Under the pieces are notes generated by a model. The model was not told the origin of the DNA, searched no databases, and saw nothing but the letters and a program-made list of their open reading frames with translations. Below are positions 9,213 through 19,796 of a stretch of DNA of 64,000 bases, piece by piece. The stretch spans positions 864,001 to 928,000 of the forward strand of contig OZ244991.1 in assembly GCA_965223335.1 (NCBI GenBank), written 5' to 3'. How positions within the stretch are numbered: the first letter of the stretch is position 1; each line of letters starts with the position of its first letter. The position numbers and the translations under genes are program-made. Origin of the DNA: Thermodesulfobacteriota bacterium. GTDB taxonomy: Bacteria > Desulfobacterota_D > UBA1144 > Nemesobacterales > UBA2774.

Positions 9213-10622
9213 TTATTGGATTTTGAGTGCGACGTAAATAGTGGATACATCTCTTTTAACCAGAAAGAGCGCATTATCGCCCTTCTCAATTTTATCTATT
9301 GCATTTCGGTAGTCGTCGAGGTTTTTAATCTGTTTTTTATTGATCTCCAATATAATATCCCCAGTGCTTAACCCTGCCTCCTCGGCTATACTCCCGCTGT
9401 TTACGTTCGTGATGATCACTCCCTCGGGGCTATCTATGTTGAACCTTCTTTGGATACGAGGGTTAATCTCCTGGACCACAAGCCCTATGTTGTGCTCAAT
9501 CTCGTTTTCCCTGGTCGGGGTCTGAGCCCTTGCAATCTGCTCGGGCAGCTCTCCCAGTTTGATGCTTATAATACTCTCGCTGCCATTTCGAATCACCTTA
9601 AGCTTGGTCTTTGTCCCCGGGGGGTACGAGGCTACGGTTTTCGGAAGCTCGGGCATCTCCTCTATCACGCTACCGTTTAACTCCACTATCACATCACCCC
9701 GTTTAAGACCTGCTTTCTCGGCAGGACCGTCTGGGGTTACATCCGCTACAAGAGCACCCCGCGGTTCTGCAAGCCCAATACTCTCGGCAAGCTCCGGCGT
9801 TACCTCCTGTACCAGTACCCCAATCCATCCCCTCACCACCTTACCGCTTCGCTTAAGCTGCTCGACTATCTGGCTTGCCATGCTAGATGGTATCGCAAAC
9901 CCAATACCCTGCCCGCCTGCAAATATAGCAGTGTTCACTCCCACCACACGGCCCTCAAGGTCAAACAACGGGCCCCCGCTGTTACCAGGGTTAATAGCCG
10001 CATCTGTCTGAATAAAATCATCATAAGCCCCCAACCCAAGTGATCTTCCCTTAGCACTTATGATCCCTGCCGTTACCGTGTGCCCGAGCCCAAAGGGGTT
10101 CCCGATGGCAACCACCCAGTCCCCTATCTCAAGCCTCTCAGAGTTCCCGAAACTAACAGCCGGTAAGGGCTGTTTAGGCTTAATTTTAAGCAGCGCAATA
10201 TCGGTCTTTGGGTCCGTGCCCACAATCTCAGCTTTATAGCTTTCGTCGTCTTGCAACACTACCTCTATATCCGTAGCACGCTCCACAACATGATTGTTGG
10301 TTATGATATAGCCGTCAGAGCTTATGATAAATCCCGATCCGAGTCCCCTTCTGCGAAACTCCCTCTCGGGATTGTCCCCGAAAAACCGCTCGAAAAACTC
10401 CTCAAACGGGTCCCCCTCTCTCTCGCCATATGGGCTTTTTGGTCTTGTGCCCATGCTCTGCACACTCCGAGTACTTATATTCACCACCGAGGGACTAAGC
10501 GTTTTCACCAGAGTCGAGAGTGATTTTAAATCATTCGGCTGTGCCTCTACACCGCTTGTAAGTGTGAGCGAAAATAGGATTAAAAGAAAAAATAGTCCCG
10601 CTGATTTTACATATCTATACAT
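9213..10622 (-). CDS. degQ: DegQ/DegP periplasmic serine protease with two PDZ domains
   Basis: Signal peptide, TNNHV, TDIAL, GNSGGPL triad, two PDZ domains. Confidence 0.95.
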   Translation of the reverse strand: MYRYVKSAGLFFLLILFSLTLTSGVEAQPNDLKSLSTLVKTLSPSVVNISTRSVQSMGTRPKSPYGEREGDPFEEFFERFFGDNPEREFRRRGLGSGFIISSDGYIITNNHVVERATDIEVVLQDDESYKAEIVGTDPKTDIALLKIKPKQPLPAVSFGNSERLEIGDWVVAIGNPFGLGHTVTAGIISAKGRSLGLGAYDDFIQTDAAINPGNSGGPLFDLEGRVVGVNTAIFAGGQGIGFAIPSSMASQIVEQLKRSGKVVRGWIGVLVQEVTPELAESIGLAEPRGALVADVTPDGPAEKAGLKRGDVIVELNGSVIEEMPELPKTVASYPPGTKTKLKVIRNGSESIISIKLGELPEQIARAQTPTRENEIEHNIGLVVQEINPRIQRRFNIDSPEGVIITNVNSGSIAEEAGLSTGDIILEINKKQIKNLDDYRNAIDKIEKGDNALFLVKRDVSTIYVALKIQ

Positions 10623-10758
10623 ATTTCAAAAGCCCTCCAAAATTCAAAAACTGCTACACTCAATTAAATGTGTGCTCACTATGAAATTATAACTGAATAT
10701 TCATTAGACGCGTGTGATAACCTGTATTCGGTGGGGAAATCGGCAAGCAATCGAGGGG

Positions 10759-11952
10759 TCACATTGTTTCTTTTAACATGCCGTCCCAGTATTTAAGCAG
10801 TAGCCTGTTGGTATAGAAACGCACAATAAAGTCACGTATTGAGGATAACGTCTTGCTGTTAGCGTAAGCTATCTTGCCCATCATCCGGGACTGGTCTTGG
10901 ACCTTTTTCACCCTTGCTTGTCTTCTTGTCATATACTGCTTAAACGCATCTTCGTAACTCTCAGAATCAGCCCTGCACAGCTCCTCTGCCAGCACAGCAG
11001 CAGATTCTATAGCCATAGAAACCCCGCCGCCCGCAGTAGGTAGTATCGCATGAGCCGCATCTCCTACCAATACCACTCTGTTTTTGTACCATTTATCCAT
11101 CCTTAGGTCGTGGTATTCGTCGAAGTAGATCTCTTCAGGACGGTCCAAATGATCTAGAATTTCCGGTACCATACCGCCAAAAGTACTGAACTGCTCTTTG
11201 ATACGTTCTATACGAGTATCTACAGGGTCTGGGTAGTGCTCGTCTGTCCTTATGCTTGTAAAAACCGAGTACCTTCCCTTTGTGGGCCAAACCCCAAAGA
11301 ACTTGCCTGTACCCCAGTACTCGGCTATCTGAGCCGATTTATTGATATTGGATTTAATCCAGAAACTCCATCCCCTAAGCCCGCTGTATGTTAGAGGCAC
11401 ATCACCAAAAACCATCTTACGCGTATTCGATCTGATGCCGTCACACCCAATGACCAAATCGTAGCGCTCTCGGGTACCGTCGCTAAACGTTACGTCTACC
11501 CCTCTCGGAGTATCATGTATATCGTCTACAGTTGTGCCCATCCTTATGCTCTCTGGGTCCACTGCCTCCCTCAATACATCGATCAAATCCGTCCGATAGG
11601 TGCTTACAATCGGCCCGTATTTCTCTGTTACCGCTTCTATTGAATAAGAGTGCAGAATATCCCCCTGCTGGTTTGCAACATTGTAAGTATCAAAAACAAG
11701 TCCCCTATCCAGGAGTTCCCTGTAGAGCCCAAGTCCCTTTAACACCCTGCTTCCGGTAGGCCAAAGAACAATTACATAGCCCACGTTCCCATAGCTGGGG
11801 GCCCTTTCTACGACTGTCGGATTAAAACCCCTTTGCTGTAACAGCCCCGCGAGTGTAAGCCCTGCAACACCACCACCCACTATGAGTAATTTCATCTCCG
11901 GGCCGTATCTTACGCGATTCTCTTTGCTTTTATGAATATTCGTCTCACTCAT
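10759..11952 (-). CDS. FAD-dependent monooxygenase (group A)
   Basis: GGGVAG, IGCDGIRS, VGDAAH, GGGVSMAIESA. Confidence 0.9.
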   Translation of the reverse strand: MSETNIHKSKENRVRYGPEMKLLIVGGGVAGLTLAGLLQQRGFNPTVVERAPSYGNVGYVIVLWPTGSRVLKGLGLYRELLDRGLVFDTYNVANQQGDILHSYSIEAVTEKYGPIVSTYRTDLIDVLREAVDPESIRMGTTVDDIHDTPRGVDVTFSDGTRERYDLVIGCDGIRSNTRKMVFGDVPLTYSGLRGWSFWIKSNINKSAQIAEYWGTGKFFGVWPTKGRYSVFTSIRTDEHYPDPVDTRIERIKEQFSTFGGMVPEILDHLDRPEEIYFDEYHDLRMDKWYKNRVVLVGDAAHAILPTAGGGVSMAIESAAVLAEELCRADSESYEDAFKQYMTRRQARVKKVQDQSRMMGKIAYANSKTLSSIRDFIVRFYTNRLLLKYWDGMLKETM

Positions 11953-12061
11953 AATATTTCTAATTGCCAGATTTATTGAGCAGGTTTAGTTCTTTTAATA
12001 GAACACGCTCTATATTATATAGTCTATACACGATAAAATAAGCGTCAATGTTTAAACTCAG

Positions 12062-12499
12062 TTAGTACGGGGGGACTTCCTCTGTAGCGGCACCGTAGAT
12101 CTCGAGCTCAAGACCGTCTGGGTCTAAAAAATGATAGGCTTTAGTGTTGGGGTCATCGCCCTGTTTGATCTCTATAAACTCCACACCTTTAGAACTAAGG
12201 GCCTTGCTAGCCTTCTCAACATCCCCGACCCTAAACGCCACATGCCCCACACCCTCGGCATATCTACCCTTATCCACGAGCCTGTGACTATTCTCAGACA
12301 GTGCCACAAGCACACGTTTGCCCACGCCGAGGAAGGTTTTTTTTTCACCCCCCTCCGCTCTGCCGTCTCGGATAAGCTCAAGCCCAAGCGTCTCTGTATA
12401 GTACTTAACCGACCTATCCATATCACTCACACATATGGCAACATGGTCAATCGACTCCACCATACCACCGTGCCCAAACAATCCTTTAAGCCATTTCAT
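12062..12499 (-). CDS. VOC/glyoxalase family protein
   Basis: IDHVAI, GHVAFRV, FLDPDGLELE. Confidence 0.88.
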   Translation of the reverse strand: MKWLKGLFGHGGMVESIDHVAICVSDMDRSVKYYTETLGLELIRDGRAEGGEKKTFLGVGKRVLVALSENSHRLVDKGRYAEGVGHVAFRVGDVEKASKALSSKGVEFIEIKQGDDPNTKAYHFLDPDGLELEIYGAATEEVPPY

Positions 12500-12512
12500 T
12501 GCCCAGCCCCTG

Positions 12513-13679
12513 TTATTTTCTCTTAAGCAACGCCACTATTACCCCTATACAGATAAACACTATCACAATCACAGCCCAGTATGCACGTATATATTTGACG
12601 ATAGTTGTTGCTAACTCAGCCTTTACGTTTACTATCCTCTCCAAGAGCGAGCTCTCTACCCTATACTCCGTGTACTCCCCATCCTCGACATCCACACTCA
12701 TTTTGAGTGTAAGCGATTGAAGACCGCTACGTTGGGGCACCACATACCAATGCCACTTAGTTTCAGTCCCCTCTGTCAAAAGCTTTGAGATAGAAACATT
12801 GCGATCACCCGTATCCCCGCCGTTATCGGCACCTGTTTTTGTCACCGGTCTTATGTCAAAGGCCTTGCCCTCAAGCTTTAATCCCACGTACTGACCCACC
12901 CTCGAAATTACTACACCCGTTGTGTCGTCATCTGTAATTACACCCTCACCGAATTTCGGCAAAAAACCGCTCGGTATACTGACCTCTACCAGATATGACC
13001 CCCAAACACTCATATCCATAGTAGGATTGAACTCTATAAAATCCGAGGCAATCATTTTCACTTTGGCCTGTACATATTCCTCCAATTCAATGTTACCAAT
13101 AGCTTCTGCTGGTGAAAGTTCGGTTTCGGTACCCGGGGTGTCCTCTAAGGCAGGCTCAGGTGTCCCGGTTGGAATAGGTGTGGGTTTCGCACTTTGTTCG
13201 ACCACAAAATGCACCCGTCTGTTAAGTTTCAAGGCTTGGGGAGTGTTGCCCTCGGCAAATTTATCCGTACCACCTTTACCGACCGCTGTAATGTTCTCGG
13301 GTTTAAGCCCCAGTTCCACCAGATAGTTACGCACCCGATCGGCTCGCTTTTGCGAAGTAATCAATTTTTGCTCCTCTGTACCCTCTGTATCCGAGTAACC
13401 TTCGAGGATTAAAACAGTTTCAGTATTTGGGTTTGCCAGAATTAAATCTTGAAAAACTATCAGGTTTTTCTCAATATCTGTCTTGGCACTTTCCGTGAGA
13501 AGATCCCTTTTTTCAAAAAATATATCTTTTAAAGTAGTCGCACCCGCCTCGGGGGTAATCAATACGCATACGAATAGGCAAACTGTTCCTACAAATACCA
13601 GACTCATCGGTGTGCCGATCCGGCCTGGTTTCAGAGCTATTTTTTTTATTGTGCAGAGGGGGTTATATCCGATATACAT
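12513..13679 (-). CDS. OmpA-like peptidoglycan-binding protein with C-terminal membrane anchor (start may be 13607)
   Basis: LEGYSD, SQKRADRVRNYL, AVGKG, NRRVHF; Pro/Thr linker; terminal TM plus LLKRK. Confidence 0.75.
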   Translation of the reverse strand: MYIGYNPLCTIKKIALKPGRIGTPMSLVFVGTVCLFVCVLITPEAGATTLKDIFFEKRDLLTESAKTDIEKNLIVFQDLILANPNTETVLILEGYSDTEGTEEQKLITSQKRADRVRNYLVELGLKPENITAVGKGGTDKFAEGNTPQALKLNRRVHFVVEQSAKPTPIPTGTPEPALEDTPGTETELSPAEAIGNIELEEYVQAKVKMIASDFIEFNPTMDMSVWGSYLVEVSIPSGFLPKFGEGVITDDDTTGVVISRVGQYVGLKLEGKAFDIRPVTKTGADNGGDTGDRNVSISKLLTEGTETKWHWYVVPQRSGLQSLTLKMSVDVEDGEYTEYRVESSLLERIVNVKAELATTIVKYIRAYWAVIVIVFICIGVIVALLKRK

Positions 13680-13828
13680 CTATAACTATCTACTCACAAA
13701 CAATATTTTGTTCTACTTGAGATTGTATATAACTTAGCCTCTAGATCAAAACATCCACTAAGTGCTATACTTTATGATATGTATAACCGGAACTTTATAC
13801 ATTTTCTATAATTAAAGCTGGGTCTATA

Positions 13829-15001
13829 GTGGATACAAGTCAGAGAGTAGAGATTCATAAGTCAATTTCTTCAATAAATAAAGAACAGTACAACTCCATC
13901 GTCGACGACAATAACCCTTTTTTGGAATATGAATTTTTAGAGGCTCTCGAGGACTCCGGGTGTGTGGGGCCCAGACAAACCTGGATACCGCGATACATAA
14001 TCTTAAAAGAAGACGACACCATTATCGGGGCCACCACCTCATATATAAAACTCGACTCCTACGGGGAATATATATTTGACTGGGAATGGGCCAGGGCCTT
14101 TGACAATGTGGGCCTCCACTACTACCCAAAAATAGTCGTGGCCATCCCCTTTACCCCCGCAAACGGCACACGAATACTCGTTCACCCCGAATACGATTTT
14201 GAACAAAACGCAGAACCGATGGTAAAGGCATTGATAAAGATGTGCAGGGATCTTAATTACTCGTCCATCCATTACCTGTTCCTGACCCCTAAAGAGAGGG
14301 ACTATCTGGCCAAGTTCGGTTTCCTCAGCAGAAAGACCCATCAGTATCATTGGCATAACCGCAGCTATACCAGTTTTGACGACTTCTTGGACGATCTTCG
14401 GTCAGGCCGCAAAAAACAGATACGCAAAGAAAGAAAATCGCTATACGCAAGCACACTCGAGATTGAGCTTGTGGAGAAAGACGATATCAAACAAGAACAC
14501 ATAGATGCCATGTGGGAGTTCTACATGGATACTCACTCAAGAAAATGGGGCAGCGCCTACCTAAACCGAGAGTTTTTTCAGCTCATGTTCGAAAACTTCA
14601 GGCACAGGTTAGTACTTGTGCTCGCCAAAGACAAAGACCAGTGGGTAGGGGGCACGTTCAACATTGTTAAGAACCGTAGGCTCTACGGCCGTTATTGGGG
14701 GGCTATCAACAAGTACGACAACCTCCATTTTGAATGTTGTTTCTACAGATTAATAGATTATTCTATTAAAAACGGCATAGAGATATTTGAGGCCGGTGCA
14801 CAGGGGGAACACAAATTTTTAAGGGGGTTCGGTGCAGTGCCTACATACAGCTCGCACTACTTCGCCGACGAGGGTGCCAACCTGGGAATCAGCGAGTTTC
14901 TAAGAGAGGAAGGCTACTATACAGATAAGCTTATAAACGAGTATAACAGGCAGTCGCCATTGAAGTATTTGCGTAGCAACAAAGGGGCCCAGACCCGTTG
15001 A
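13829..15001 (+). CDS. FemAB-like GNAT-fold protein (peptidoglycan biosynthesis/recognition family)
   Basis: SYGEYIFDWEWA, YYPK, PFTP, LYGRYWG, LHFECCFY, EAGAQGEHK. Confidence 0.88.
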   Translation: MDTSQRVEIHKSISSINKEQYNSIVDDNNPFLEYEFLEALEDSGCVGPRQTWIPRYIILKEDDTIIGATTSYIKLDSYGEYIFDWEWARAFDNVGLHYYPKIVVAIPFTPANGTRILVHPEYDFEQNAEPMVKALIKMCRDLNYSSIHYLFLTPKERDYLAKFGFLSRKTHQYHWHNRSYTSFDDFLDDLRSGRKKQIRKERKSLYASTLEIELVEKDDIKQEHIDAMWEFYMDTHSRKWGSAYLNREFFQLMFENFRHRLVLVLAKDKDQWVGGTFNIVKNRRLYGRYWGAINKYDNLHFECCFYRLIDYSIKNGIEIFEAGAQGEHKFLRGFGAVPTYSSHYFADEGANLGISEFLREEGYYTDKLINEYNRQSPLKYLRSNKGAQTR

Positions 15002-15026
15002 TTCTAAAGTTTAGCGGGCGAGTAAG

Positions 15027-15368
15027 ATGGAAGACGAAAAACTTAACAAAGGGGATATAGACGGCGAACTTCTTACAGAAGAGAAGATAAATTTAAAACG
15101 GCCCGACATGTATAGAGTCGTGCTGCTGAATGACGACTATACACCGCGTGATTTTGTTGTCTGGATCCTGGTTAGGGTATTCTATAAAAAGAACGATGAG
15201 GCCACAAGAATAATGCTTGACGCGCATACAAAGGGTAAGAGTACTGTTGGAGTTTATACCTATGATGTAGCTACCACTAAAATCCTACAGGTCGACAAGC
15301 TGGCCAAACAGTACGAACACCCTCTGCAGTGCATTATGGAGGTCGAGAGTGGCGGTGAAGAGTCATGA
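15027..15368 (+). CDS. clpS: Clp protease adaptor ClpS
   Basis: YRVVLLNDDYTP, MLDAHTKG, HPLQC; ATGA overlap with clpA. Confidence 0.95.
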   Translation: MEDEKLNKGDIDGELLTEEKINLKRPDMYRVVLLNDDYTPRDFVVWILVRVFYKKNDEATRIMLDAHTKGKSTVGVYTYDVATTKILQVDKLAKQYEHPLQCIMEVESGGEES

Positions 15369-17617
15369 CACTTTCTAAAGAGCTGGAAAACACTCTGGAA
15401 CGCGCTTACGGACAGGCAAAAGCCCGCAAGCACGAGTTCATTACGCTAGAGCACATACTGTTCGAACTCACCTTCGATCCCGATGCCTCCGAGGTTCTAA
15501 TGGGCTGTGGTGTGGATCTCGAAAAGCTGAGGACCACGCTGGATGACTTTATGAACGAGAGCATTGTGCAGATTGAGTCCGAGTACCTGAGTGAGCCGGA
15601 ATACTCGGCAGGCAGCCAGTTTGTTCTGAGACTTGCTGCGATGCACGCAGAATCGGCCGAGACCGAAGAGATTAACGGCGGCAACATACTGGTAGCAATG
15701 TTCCGTGTAGAAGAATCTCATGCCATCTATTTCCTAAACCAACAGGGTATAACCCGCTATGATGTCGTGCGCTTTATTTCGCACGGCAAGGGTCAGTATG
15801 AGCAAAGGGAAAAGGCCACAAGCCTTGCCAAAACCGAGGGCGATATACAGGAAAAATCCAAAGACCCACTTGCAGAGTACTGCACAGACCTAGTGGAGAA
15901 AGCCAAAGAGGGCAGGCTAGATCCTCTTATCGGCCGGGAAACAGAGATCGAGAGGACAATACATATCCTTGCACGCAGGCGCAAGAACAACCCCATATTC
16001 GTTGGGGACGCAGGTGTCGGTAAGACCGCTATAGCCGAGGGTCTCGCACTTAAGATCTCGGAGAAAAAAGTCCCTACCCCCCTTTTAGACACCGAGATAT
16101 ACGCACTCGATATGGGATCGCTTACTGCAGGCACAAGGTATAGGGGCGACTTTGAGGAACGCTTAAAATCGATCATAGACAAGGTAAAAGGCGACCAGAA
16201 CAAAGTGTTATTTATTGACGAAATTCACACCGTAATAGGTGCGGGGGCAGTGTCGGGCGGCACGCTTGACGCCTCTAACATGCTAAAACCCGCGCTCGCC
16301 AGCGGCGAGATCAGGTGTATCGGGACCACAACTCTCAAAGAATTCCGGAGTGTATTTGAAAAAGACCACGCACTCGCTCGCAGGTTCCAGCGCATTGACG
16401 TCTATGAGCCGAGCGAGGAAGAATGCCTCAAGATACTACAAGGCCTTAAGAAATACTACGAAAAATTCCATACCGTTAAATACTCCACACCCGCACTAAA
16501 AGCCGCAGTCGAACTCTCTGCCAAATACATAAACGACCGTAGACTCCCCGATAAAGCCATCGATATTATCGACGAAGCAGGTGCTGAGGTTAAACTCAGA
16601 CGTAAAGACGATACCGGTATCAAACAGGTAAGTGTGAAGGATATAGAAGCACTGGTATCCAAGATCGCCAAGATACCGAGCCGCACCGTAAAGGTAGACG
16701 ACAGACAAAAACTCAGGTCGCTCGGCGATGACCTAAAGCGTGTGATATTTGGGCAGGACGATGCAGTCGACCGACTGGTTACAGCCATACAGATGTCGAG
16801 GTCTGGGCTGGCCACGCCTAATAAACCGGTCGGGAGTTTTATGTTTGCCGGGCCCACAGGGGTGGGTAAGACCGAGCTTGCCAAACAGCTTGCCGAGGCA
16901 CTGGGCATAGAGTTCATACGGTTCGATATGAGCGAGTACATGGAAAAACACACCGTGTCGCGCCTTATAGGTTCTCCTCCCGGTTATGTCGGCTACGATG
17001 AAGGGGGCCAGCTCACAGAAGCCATTCATCAAAATCCACATGCGGTGCTACTACTAGACGAAATCGAGAAAGCCCACGAGGACATCTACAACGTACTGCT
17101 CCAGGTAATGGACCACGCAACTTTAACGGACTCAAACGGCAGGAAAGTGGATTTCCGCCAGATCGTACTGATCCTAACAACCAATACTGGGTCCAGAGAG
17201 AGTAACCAACGCACCGTGGGGTTTGAGAAGGAAGAGTACGAAGACAAGAGCTCTCATGCAATTGAAAAGTACTTTAGCCCCGAGTTTAGAAACAGACTAA
17301 ACGCCATATTAAACTTCAGCTCACTAAGCAAAGAGGTTATCGAAAAGATTGTGGATAAGATGATAAATGAGCTCGGTGAGCGTCTACATGCCAAGAAAGT
17401 AACCATAGAGCTCACACCTAAAGCCCGCTCCTATATTGCAGATAAGGGCTACGACAAACAACTCGGCGCACGCCCAATCCAGCGCTACATCGACACGCAC
17501 ATCACAGAAAAGCTCTCAAAAGAGATCCTGTTCGGCAACCTTATGAGCGGTGGTACCGTAAAAATCCTTACAAAAAATGACGAGCTCGAGTTTGAATTCA
17601 CAAAGCCCGAATCATAA
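15365..17617 (+). CDS. clpA: ATP-dependent Clp protease ATP-binding subunit ClpA
   Basis: Two AAA+ modules ([16 protein letters not shown]), no long middle domain, VGF ClpP-docking loop. Confidence 0.96.
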   Translation: MTLSKELENTLERAYGQAKARKHEFITLEHILFELTFDPDASEVLMGCGVDLEKLRTTLDDFMNESIVQIESEYLSEPEYSAGSQFVLRLAAMHAESAETEEINGGNILVAMFRVEESHAIYFLNQQGITRYDVVRFISHGKGQYEQREKATSLAKTEGDIQEKSKDPLAEYCTDLVEKAKEGRLDPLIGRETEIERTIHILARRRKNNPIFVGDAGVGKTAIAEGLALKISEKKVPTPLLDTEIYALDMGSLTAGTRYRGDFEERLKSIIDKVKGDQNKVLFIDEIHTVIGAGAVSGGTLDASNMLKPALASGEIRCIGTTTLKEFRSVFEKDHALARRFQRIDVYEPSEEECLKILQGLKKYYEKFHTVKYSTPALKAAVELSAKYINDRRLPDKAIDIIDEAGAEVKLRRKDDTGIKQVSVKDIEALVSKIAKIPSRTVKVDDRQKLRSLGDDLKRVIFGQDDAVDRLVTAIQMSRSGLATPNKPVGSFMFAGPTGVGKTELAKQLAEALGIEFIRFDMSEYMEKHTVSRLIGSPPGYVGYDEGGQLTEAIHQNPHAVLLLDEIEKAHEDIYNVLLQVMDHATLTDSNGRKVDFRQIVLILTTNTGSRESNQRTVGFEKEEYEDKSSHAIEKYFSPEFRNRLNAILNFSSLSKEVIEKIVDKMINELGERLHAKKVTIELTPKARSYIADKGYDKQLGARPIQRYIDTHITEKLSKEILFGNLMSGGTVKILTKNDELEFEFTKPES

Positions 17618-17687
17618 GCAATTACCCTTTTAACGCCGAAATAATGTAGACTACTTAGCATCCCGGTAATTTATACACGGACCTGTT

Positions 17688-18236
17688 ATGAAAATCTGTC
17701 CCAATTGCAAATCCGAGCTAGCCACCAAGGTCATCGGTTCTATTGATGTAGACGAATGCAACAGATGCGGTGGGATATGGTTTGACAGGGGCGAGCTTAA
17801 AGAAGCCGAAGAACTGGTTGACCCAAACCTAAACTGGCTCGATTTCGAGATCTGGAAACACGAACATAAGTTCGACGCTAAAAGCGCCGATGTGTTGTGT
17901 CCGAGTTGCGTCGTGCCCACAGGATCACTCACATACGGCGAAACAGGTGTCGAGATCAATTACTGCACAGAGTGCCATGGGATATGGCTCGATAAAAACG
18001 AGTTCCCAAAAATCATCGAAGAGCTAGAGAAGGAGCTCTCGGAAAAATCTTTTGCCGACTACATACACCTTAGCATCGAAGAGGCCAAAGAGGTCTTTAC
18101 CGGCCATAAATCATTAGCATCCGAGTGGAAGGATTTCTCAACCGTGCTTAGACTCATGGAGCAACGCCTCTACGTAGAGCAACCTAAGCTTATCGAGAGA
18201 CTCATGGCGCTAAACGCTCTAAACCCGTTTAAATAA
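17688..18236 (+). CDS. Tandem zf-TFIIB-like zinc-ribbon protein
   Basis: Two CPxC...CxxCxGIWxD repeats. Confidence 0.8.
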   Translation: MKICPNCKSELATKVIGSIDVDECNRCGGIWFDRGELKEAEELVDPNLNWLDFEIWKHEHKFDAKSADVLCPSCVVPTGSLTYGETGVEINYCTECHGIWLDKNEFPKIIEELEKELSEKSFADYIHLSIEEAKEVFTGHKSLASEWKDFSTVLRLMEQRLYVEQPKLIERLMALNALNPFK

Positions 18237-18237
18237 A

Positions 18238-18699
18238 TTACAACGCGCTGTCTAATATATCGCTCATCTTCTGGTTGCTAACCTCGCCACTTCTGTCATA
18301 GAGCACCTTACCGCTTTTGCCATACACGGTTACGTGGGGGATATAACGCCTGTAGTGTTTAGCACGTAGCGACCTTTGCTCATCGGAAATATTATTATCT
18401 AAATCCACTACAATGAACTTGACCCTGTCTCCATACTTCTCATAAAGCTCTACAGTCCTCTTCGCCTGCCGCTTAGAGTTGTAACATTCACGGTGATAAA
18501 ATATCACATACGCTGGTTTCCCGGGGTCAATACTCCCATCCCCAAGCTCTTTACCCGTAATCAAAGGTCCGTCGTCAGAGTCACTATTGTAGTTTAAATT
18601 CTGATTTAGTTTTAGGTTTGTTGCCGCAGTCGATGGAAAAGCAATAAATAGTAAGACTGTTAATAACGCTAGGAAAGAGAAAAGAGAATGTTTATTCAT
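18238..18699 (-). CDS. Exported thioredoxin-fold protein with CxxS motif
   Basis: Start reset to ATG 18699 (SD aggggg); signal peptide; FYHRECYNS, FIVVDLD, YIPH cis-Pro loop. Confidence 0.6.
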   Translation of the reverse strand: MNKHSLFSFLALLTVLLFIAFPSTAATNLKLNQNLNYNSDSDDGPLITGKELGDGSIDPGKPAYVIFYHRECYNSKRQAKRTVELYEKYGDRVKFIVVDLDNNISDEQRSLRAKHYRRYIPHVTVYGKSGKVLYDRSGEVSNQKMSDILDSAL

Positions 18700-18798
18700 A
18701 ATAACCCCCTTGGATATAATCTCATATATATACGGACTGAAACTTCTTTGAGTTTCATATTGACCCAATCTGCGTGGTTGGCAATAATTGAACTTATC

Positions 18799-19164
18799 AT
18801 GCCTATTTTGATAGATAAGCCTTCTCTTGTGGAGGCAGCCGGGAACAAATCGAAAAAAATCGAAGAATACATAGGACGAATCACAACCGAGCACAGTGAA
18901 CTAAGTATTGCGCGTATGACCTCGCCCGAGGGATGGGAAGAGCCGGGGCAGTGCCCGGATTTTACGGAGTTCACCGTGGTGCTGCGAGGTACGTTGGTAG
19001 TGGAACATAATGGCGGTATAATTGAGGTAAATAGTGGCCAGTGTGTAATTACGCACTCCGGGGAGTGGGTTAGGTACAGTACACCTAAAACTGGAGGAGC
19101 AGAATACATTGCCGTGTGCCTACCGGCGTTTTCCCCCGACACTGTGCACAGAGATACCGACTGA
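18799..19164 (+). CDS. Cupin domain protein
   Basis: Start reset to ATG 18799; EPGQCPDFTEFTVVLRG, EWVRYSTP, YIAVCLPAFSP. Confidence 0.85.
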   Translation: MPILIDKPSLVEAAGNKSKKIEEYIGRITTEHSELSIARMTSPEGWEEPGQCPDFTEFTVVLRGTLVVEHNGGIIEVNSGQCVITHSGEWVRYSTPKTGGAEYIAVCLPAFSPDTVHRDTD

Positions 19165-19169
19165 TTTCT

Positions 19170-19754
19170 ATGGGATACGATTCCAAAGACAGGTGCGAGT
19201 GGTGTGGTAGTAACGAAATCTATATCGCCTACCATGACGATGAGTGGGGTGTACCGGTACATGACGATAACCACCTGTTCGAAATGATCACGCTCGAGGG
19301 AGCCCAGGCAGGGCTCAGCTGGTTTACTGTGTTAAAACGGCGTCAGAGCTACAGGGAGCTTTTCGATAATTTCGACCCAAAAAAAATAGCAAACTATAAT
19401 GAAGCAAAATTAGAGGACCTGGTCCAAAACCCTGGCATAATTAGAAACCGCAAAAAAATACTGTCCACTCGGACTAACGCCAAAGCTTTCCTACAAGTAC
19501 AAGACGAGTTCGGTTCATTCGATAACTACATTTGGCAGTTTGTAAACCACAATCCCATACAAAACAGCTGGCGACGCCTAAGCGAACTCCCCTCCAAGAC
19601 CCCCATCTCGGATCAGATGAGTAAGGACCTAAAAAAACGAGGGTTTAGCTTCATGGGTTCAACTATCTGTTACGCACTAATGCAGTCGATAGGCATGGTA
19701 AATGATCATCTTATCTTCTGCTTTAGGCACCAAGAAGTAAAGAACCTCTCCTAA
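19170..19754 (+). CDS. tag: DNA-3-methyladenine glycosylase I
   Basis: RCEW, YHDDEWG, LEGAQAGLSW, GIIRNRKK, NDHLIFC; start reset to ATG 19170. Confidence 0.96.
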   Translation: MGYDSKDRCEWCGSNEIYIAYHDDEWGVPVHDDNHLFEMITLEGAQAGLSWFTVLKRRQSYRELFDNFDPKKIANYNEAKLEDLVQNPGIIRNRKKILSTRTNAKAFLQVQDEFGSFDNYIWQFVNHNPIQNSWRRLSELPSKTPISDQMSKDLKKRGFSFMGSTICYALMQSIGMVNDHLIFCFRHQEVKNLS

Positions 19755-19767
19755 AACCCCAGCCTTA

Positions 19768-19796
19768 TTGACAGTTCAATAAACTTGATTTACAAT
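19768..19796 (+). promoter_or_regulatory. sigma70 promoter of the fur-ECF metal operon
   Basis: TTGACA (19768-19773), 17 nt, TACAAT (19791-19796). Confidence 0.8.

Noticed and set aside
18696..19274. 192-aa minus-strand ORF
   Set aside because: Antisense shadow of the cupin and tag genes with no motifs
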